From the sequence record SRR2962707_3586: a stretch of DNA of 64,000 bases; one strand, given 5' to 3'. The translations under genes were made by a program, and so were the position numbers. Below are positions 59,281 to 64,000 of the stretch, in pieces. Below the pieces are notes generated by a model, which saw only the letters and a list, made by a program, of their open reading frames with translations, had not been told where the DNA came from and made no database searches. Numbering within the stretch: position 1 is the stretch's first letter; every line of letters begins with the position of its first letter.

Positions 59281-60708
59281 TTAAAAACCGAAATAGTGAT
59301 TGCATCCGTCGTGATCTACGATGGAGTTAATAGTCAAAAGGTATTGGATCAGACTCTCTGCAGTAGTCAGAGGTCTGATCTCTGCTTGTTCAAGAGGAAA
59401 GAATTCTTCGTACAAAGCCGGCAAGTAGTCATTGGTGCCAATTTTAAGTATGATATCATCCGAAAGGAGATCTCCATTTTGGTCCCGCATAATGATGTCT
59501 TGTCCGTCACGCTCCATCATCACACCTGATACATGAAGCGCCTGACCTGTTTCGATAAAGAAATCCTTGATTTCTCTTACAGTTTTGTTGAACACAACAC
59601 TTCCATTGTTAAATGGATCAATGGAGTAAATCTCAAAAGCAGTGACATCACCTTGATCAAGATCACTACGAATGCCGCCATGATTTTGAAATGAGATATC
59701 TACATCCATATAGCTGCGAAGCGCTTCTGTGTAAAAACAGCCAACTTCAGTTCGGTCATGATGTGAATTAGCGATACCTATCACTTCATCAAAGGCCTCA
59801 TTGTTTTCGTACGCGTTTATGACATTCAGGAGGTCCTCATCAACGCTTGAATATGAATCAAGATCGATCAAATCTGTTTCAAAACTGATTATTTCTCCGT
59901 CCTCAATAATCATGTCAATACGGCCCAGATGGCTAAGGTTTCTACCTGCCATTAAGGTTGGAATTCCATTGGTAGACGTCTCATTCAAGTGATTGGAATG
60001 ACCGCCAATGATCAGGTCAAAATACGGATAGTCGCTGGCTAGATTTTGATCTGCAAAAAGCCCCAAATGAGTAAGGGCAATGAGAAGATCTGCTTCCTCT
60101 GTTGTTTTAAGATCCGTGTATTGACCAACAACATTTTGGTAGGGCTCAAATGTGATGTCTGCTACTCTCCACGGATGAGTGGAAGGGATGATCTTTTCGG
60201 GGTGTCCGTTTGTCTCTACCAATCCCAGAAAGGTCACGGTAAGGTCACCCACTTCAATGGTTTTGTGGGCATCCGGTTGAGCTAATACCGAAGATCCGGT
60301 ATTGACATTGGCACACACCCAGTCAAAGGTGGATTGCTTCATTCGGTCGTCTAGTATTTGCAATCCATAATCGAATTCATGATTGCCAATCACCGCCATA
60401 TCAAAACCGGCCTGGTTCATCACATCTATGATAGGATAACCTTTTGGATCGTATTGATCCACATAAGGACTACCACTGAATATGTCCCCTGCAGCAACTA
60501 ACAATACATTTGTTTCTGCTTCAGCTTCATCCACTATGTATTTAATCTTGGCAAAGTTGGTGAGTTGGGAGTGAGGGTCATTGATGAAAAAGATGGTGAG
60601 TTCAGATGCCTCTTCAGGATTTCTAACCGGGTTTTTACTGTCACGATCACATGAAGTGAAGATCAGGAGTAGCCAAAGTAGAGCGAAAGTGGTGAGGGAT
60701 TTCAGCAA
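59281..60708 (-). CDS. Bifunctional metallophosphatase/5'-nucleotidase lipoprotein
   Basis: Lipobox FTSC, NDPH, AGD, GNHEFDYG, THLG, GGHS, N.GGIR, PF.N. Confidence 0.9.
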   Translation of the reverse strand: MLKSLTTFALLWLLLIFTSCDRDSKNPVRNPEEASELTIFFINDPHSQLTNFAKIKYIVDEAEAETNVLLVAAGDIFSGSPYVDQYDPKGYPIIDVMNQAGFDMAVIGNHEFDYGLQILDDRMKQSTFDWVCANVNTGSSVLAQPDAHKTIEVGDLTVTFLGLVETNGHPEKIIPSTHPWRVADITFEPYQNVVGQYTDLKTTEEADLLIALTHLGLFADQNLASDYPYFDLIIGGHSNHLNETSTNGIPTLMAGRNLSHLGRIDMIIEDGEIISFETDLIDLDSYSSVDEDLLNVINAYENNEAFDEVIGIANSHHDRTEVGCFYTEALRSYMDVDISFQNHGGIRSDLDQGDVTAFEIYSIDPFNNGSVVFNKTVREIKDFFIETGQALHVSGVMMERDGQDIIMRDQNGDLLSDDIILKIGTNDYLPALYEEFFPLEQAEIRPLTTAESLIQYLLTINSIVDHDGCNHYFGF

Positions 60709-60817
60709 AATGTTATTGATTTATGCAATCATAAGATAAAGCATTTAGCCTAACCAGCAGGTTAGACATTCTTAATAATTACTTAAAACAACCTGGAGTC
60801 TATTCATTCAATCATCC

Positions 60818-61204
60818 TCAATGCAAGCTAATCAACGTGTTTTGAATGGCTTCCTCCATCTGATGCATGTTGAATGGCTTGCTAAACCATTGGTGAATGA
60901 TCTTATTGCTCATGGCTTTTTCTATCTCCTCATTGCTTGGAAATCCTGTTAAGATGAAATAGACGATTTTGTCATGACGGTCTCTCGCTTTCTTGATAAA
61001 CTCAACACCGTTCATTCCGGGCATCTTCATGTCGCTGATTACCACAATTATTTTATCGCTATTCTCTTCCAGAACCTTCAAACCTTCCTCACCCGAAGAA
61101 GCGGTGAAGACAGGATAACGAGACCCAAAATTCAAATCAAAGAAGAAAAGATTGGCTTCTTCATCATCTACATAGAGAATGGCGATATTCTTAGGATCTA
61201 TCAT
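60818..61204 (-). CDS. Single-domain response regulator
   Basis: ILYVDDE, ISDMKMPGMNG, LTG, KPF. Confidence 0.93.
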   Translation of the reverse strand: MIDPKNIAILYVDDEEANLFFFDLNFGSRYPVFTASSGEEGLKVLEENSDKIIVVISDMKMPGMNGVEFIKKARDRHDKIVYFILTGFPSNEEIEKAMSNKIIHQWFSKPFNMHQMEEAIQNTLISLH

Positions 61205-64000
61205 GTTTTTGGTAGTAAAATGGTAAATGTTGTGCCCTTGTTGATTTTTGAGTCGACGCTAATTTTTCCTTTGTGTTCCTGAATGATAGAGTGAGTAATT
61301 GACAAACCTAAACCGGTACCTTTTCCAACTTCTTTGGTAGTAAAAAACGGATCAAATATTCTCCGCTGATTTTCTTTTGATATTCCTTTTCCAGTATCAC
61401 TGATGGTTGCTTTGAAATGTCCGTTTTCGAAAGCTGTTGATATAGTTATTGTTCCTTTTTCAGTGATTGCATGCTCCGCATTAGATAGGAGATTCAAAAA
61501 GACCTGATGGAGCTTTCCTCTGTTGCCATTGATCGAAGTGCCCTTGGTTGTGTAGTCTTTCACTATCTCCACCTTCCCAATGGTTTGGCTATTGAGCAAT
61601 ACAAGGCAATCATCTACAATAGCTTCAATATTGCAATCTTCATCAAACGCAGCGTCTGCCCGACTGAAGTTGCTCAAGCTTTTTACAATTTGAGCAGCTC
61701 TGTTTACACTATCCTGGATGAAACTCATGCAGATATTCACCTTCTGTGATTCAAGGATATTGGTGCTCAATTCATCTCTTAACCCGACCAAGGCCTGGTT
61801 GATAATATTTAAAGGATTGTTTATTTCATGCCCAACACCTGCAGAGAGTGTTCCGAGGGCAGCCATCTTTTCACTTTGTATAAGTCTATTCTGTGTTAAT
61901 TCTTTCTCCTCAATGGTCTTCTTCAACTTACGATTGGCAATTCTCAACTTCTCCGTTCGCTGTTCTACAAGGGATTGCAATTTGAGTTCTCTCCTTTCAA
62001 GGCTTCTGATCCGCAGACCAGTCACTAGCAGAATCATGATCAATACAACTCCGACAATCGTCATTCTAAACCAGACTGTTTCCCAGTACGGTGCTGATAT
62101 CACAATGTAGATGCTCGCCGGCGTGCTATCCCAGGTCCCGCTATTGTTAGATGATTTCACCTTAAAGAGGTATTCACCGGCAGGTAGGGAAGAATAATTA
62201 GCGAATCGTCTGCTTCCGACATAATTCCAGTCTTCCTCAAGGTTTTCGAGGTAATATGCATATTGATTTAGTTCCGAAATAGTGTGGTTCGATCCCTTGA
62301 AATCGAAACTCAGCATGTTTTGATCATAGTCAAGAATCAACGTATCCACATCCATGATAGGCGCATTGACATTGAGGTCGGCAGGTGCTATGCGATTGTT
62401 CTTTAGGTAAAAACCGGTAATGTGTGTTTCCGGAAGAATCGGGTTCTCCAACATGCCGGGATTGAAATAATTGAGTCCCTGTACACCTCCGAAATAGAAA
62501 ACGCCATTGGGTGATTTGTAATAAGCACTGGTGTTGAACTCATTACTCTGAAGGCCATAGCTTATATCAAGGTTTACGAAGCTCTTGGATTGATCATCAA
62601 AGCGAGACAAGCCATGATTGGTACTCATCCACAATAATCCTTTGTCATCTTCTAAAATCCCGTAAATGACATCATTAGGTAGGCCGTCTTTTCGCGTGTA
62701 ATGATCCAGTTGATCTGCAGATCTATCCCACCTGAAGAGCCCATCACCGGATGTTCCAATCCATATGACACCTTTTTGATCCTGTTCAATGCATTTTATA
62801 AAACTGTTTTCCAGCAGGGAAAGGGTAGGATTTTCCAGTTTTGAGACCGCTTGAGTCGACAGCTCCAATGTGTACAAGCCAGCTGAAGAGCCCAGTAGCA
62901 ATTGGTCGTCCAGTTTAAGAATGCCAGTAATCCAGTCACCTGTGGTACGACCTCTGGTAAGGGTAGAAGAAGGAAGAAAGGTATCCGTTTCCTTCGTCCT
63001 CAAGTCGAGCCTGGTGACCCCAATGGCTGAGGCAATCCACAAATACCTGTCATCGAATCCTTTGATGGCCCTGATGTGCAGCAATTTATCAATGGGATAG
63101 GTCTCTTTGACTTCCAGCCTATCTATATCAATGGAAAGCAGCTCGTCATTCGCAGCAGCCCAATAACCTCCATTGACTTCAGATAGAAAATCTACCCTGA
63201 ATGGATAGATTTTGCGAACAGTAGATTTTTTGGTATCAAACAAGTCCAGACTTGTTGCTGTTCCTATCAGGATTTTTTCATCATCCTTCGTCAGGAAGGA
63301 GGTAACGTAGCTGTTGGTCAATGAAGGGGAGTAACCGGGCTTATATCCCAGGTAGCCAAGTGTCGGTTTGTTGGGGTCGTATTTGTTCACTCCATACCCA
63401 GCCGTACCAATCCACCAAATCCCATCTTTTCCAATATGTATGGCCGATAGGGTATTGTCCAGCAGAGTGTTTTCTGTATCCGGTTCATGTTTGTAGGCCT
63501 CAAGCAGATTCCCCTCTAGATCGTACACATGAAGTTTGCCGCGAAGTATGTAGATGTGACCTTCATTGTCTTCTGTTATTTCGGTACTATACGTGCTTAG
63601 GGCCTCTGAGAACAGTGTCTTTGTTGTTGTGAGATCAGAATCAATCAAGAGTGTATTTTCATTGGTGACGACCCATATGTTATTGTTGGTATCAGAATGC
63701 AGTGCCCTGACATTATCCACTTTTATTTGCCTGGCTTCCTTGGTGGCTATGTCAATGAGATGAATGTGACCCATGGAATACAGTAAGATCTTTTTGTCTT
63801 TGGTTATTTCCAGAAATCCATTGTCACCATTGATTTGTAGGAGGCTATCGCTTTCGAATGCATCAAATAGATTGGATTGGAAGTAGGCTCCATTGGCAAC
63901 ATCAAAAAAATAAATACCCTGGGTTGTACCCAGTATAAGCGTGTCTTTTGCCCATTTCTCAATCGTGATGATTTTGCGCCCAATAAGCTCCTCGTCTGTG
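61201..64000 (-). CDS. Beta-propeller/Y_Y_Y sensor histidine kinase, 5' end beyond window
   Basis: Reg_prop repeats (WIGT..G), Y_Y_Y, TM, LIQSEKMAALG.L.AGVGHEINNPL, N, G1, F, G2 boxes; frame checked open from 63774 to the window end. Confidence 0.93.
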   Translation of the reverse strand, partial: TDEELIGRKIITIEKWAKDTLILGTTQGIYFFDVANGAYFQSNLFDAFESDSLLQINGDNGFLEITKDKKILLYSMGHIHLIDIATKEARQIKVDNVRALHSDTNNNIWVVTNENTLLIDSDLTTTKTLFSEALSTYSTEITEDNEGHIYILRGKLHVYDLEGNLLEAYKHEPDTENTLLDNTLSAIHIGKDGIWWIGTAGYGVNKYDPNKPTLGYLGYKPGYSPSLTNSYVTSFLTKDDEKILIGTATSLDLFDTKKSTVRKIYPFRVDFLSEVNGGYWAAANDELLSIDIDRLEVKETYPIDKLLHIRAIKGFDDRYLWIASAIGVTRLDLRTKETDTFLPSSTLTRGRTTGDWITGILKLDDQLLLGSSAGLYTLELSTQAVSKLENPTLSLLENSFIKCIEQDQKGVIWIGTSGDGLFRWDRSADQLDHYTRKDGLPNDVIYGILEDDKGLLWMSTNHGLSRFDDQSKSFVNLDISYGLQSNEFNTSAYYKSPNGVFYFGGVQGLNYFNPGMLENPILPETHITGFYLKNNRIAPADLNVNAPIMDVDTLILDYDQNMLSFDFKGSNHTISELNQYAYYLENLEEDWNYVGSRRFANYSSLPAGEYLFKVKSSNNSGTWDSTPASIYIVISAPYWETVWFRMTIVGVVLIMILLVTGLRIRSLERRELKLQSLVEQRTEKLRIANRKLKKTIEEKELTQNRLIQSEKMAALGTLSAGVGHEINNPLNIINQALVGLRDELSTNILESQKVNICMSFIQDSVNRAAQIVKSLSNFSRADAAFDEDCNIEAIVDDCLVLLNSQTIGKVEIVKDYTTKGTSINGNRGKLHQVFLNLLSNAEHAITEKGTITISTAFENGHFKATISDTGKGISKENQRRIFDPFFTTKEVGKGTGLGLSITHSIIQEHKGKISVDSKINKGTTFTILLPKT

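Noticed and set aside
61201-63774. ORF-track start of the sensor kinase at 63774
   Set aside because: The frame stays open to 64000 with propeller-like sequence and no signal peptide at 63774, so the true start is outside the window.

Overview
This 64 kb window is gene-dense chromosomal DNA from a Bacteroidota bacterium. The evidence is T9SS PorP and type-B CTD genes, TAnnTTTG -7 promoter elements, and long-form IspG and HutU. Cytophagia, possibly marine, is my inference. I saw no rRNA, tRNA, CRISPR, IS or phage. Core genes are mlaEF-like, ispG, dapA, ligA, cca, msrA, can, hutH and hutU. The accessory modules most worth a look: (1) a translationally coupled operon of Na+/solute symporter, GNAT, M20 amidohydrolase, stand-alone Alr and an ornithine-racemase-like enzyme, with a leader hairpin burying the first start codon, suggesting an uncharacterised D-amino-acid pathway; (2) an ECF sigma/FecR/TonB-receptor locus divergent from two Cys-rich repeat lipoproteins, with an exact shared promoter motif GGTAGGGT-N12-TGTGCGTT; (3) a Zur-like regulator, TonB receptor and lipoprotein with three TGCAA-N5-TTGYA operators; (4) a candidate antisense-oriented sRNA upstream of can; (5) a large SprA-motif-bearing outer-membrane protein beside a PorP/T9SS substrate pair. 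All functional calls come from motif recognition only; no searches were run.
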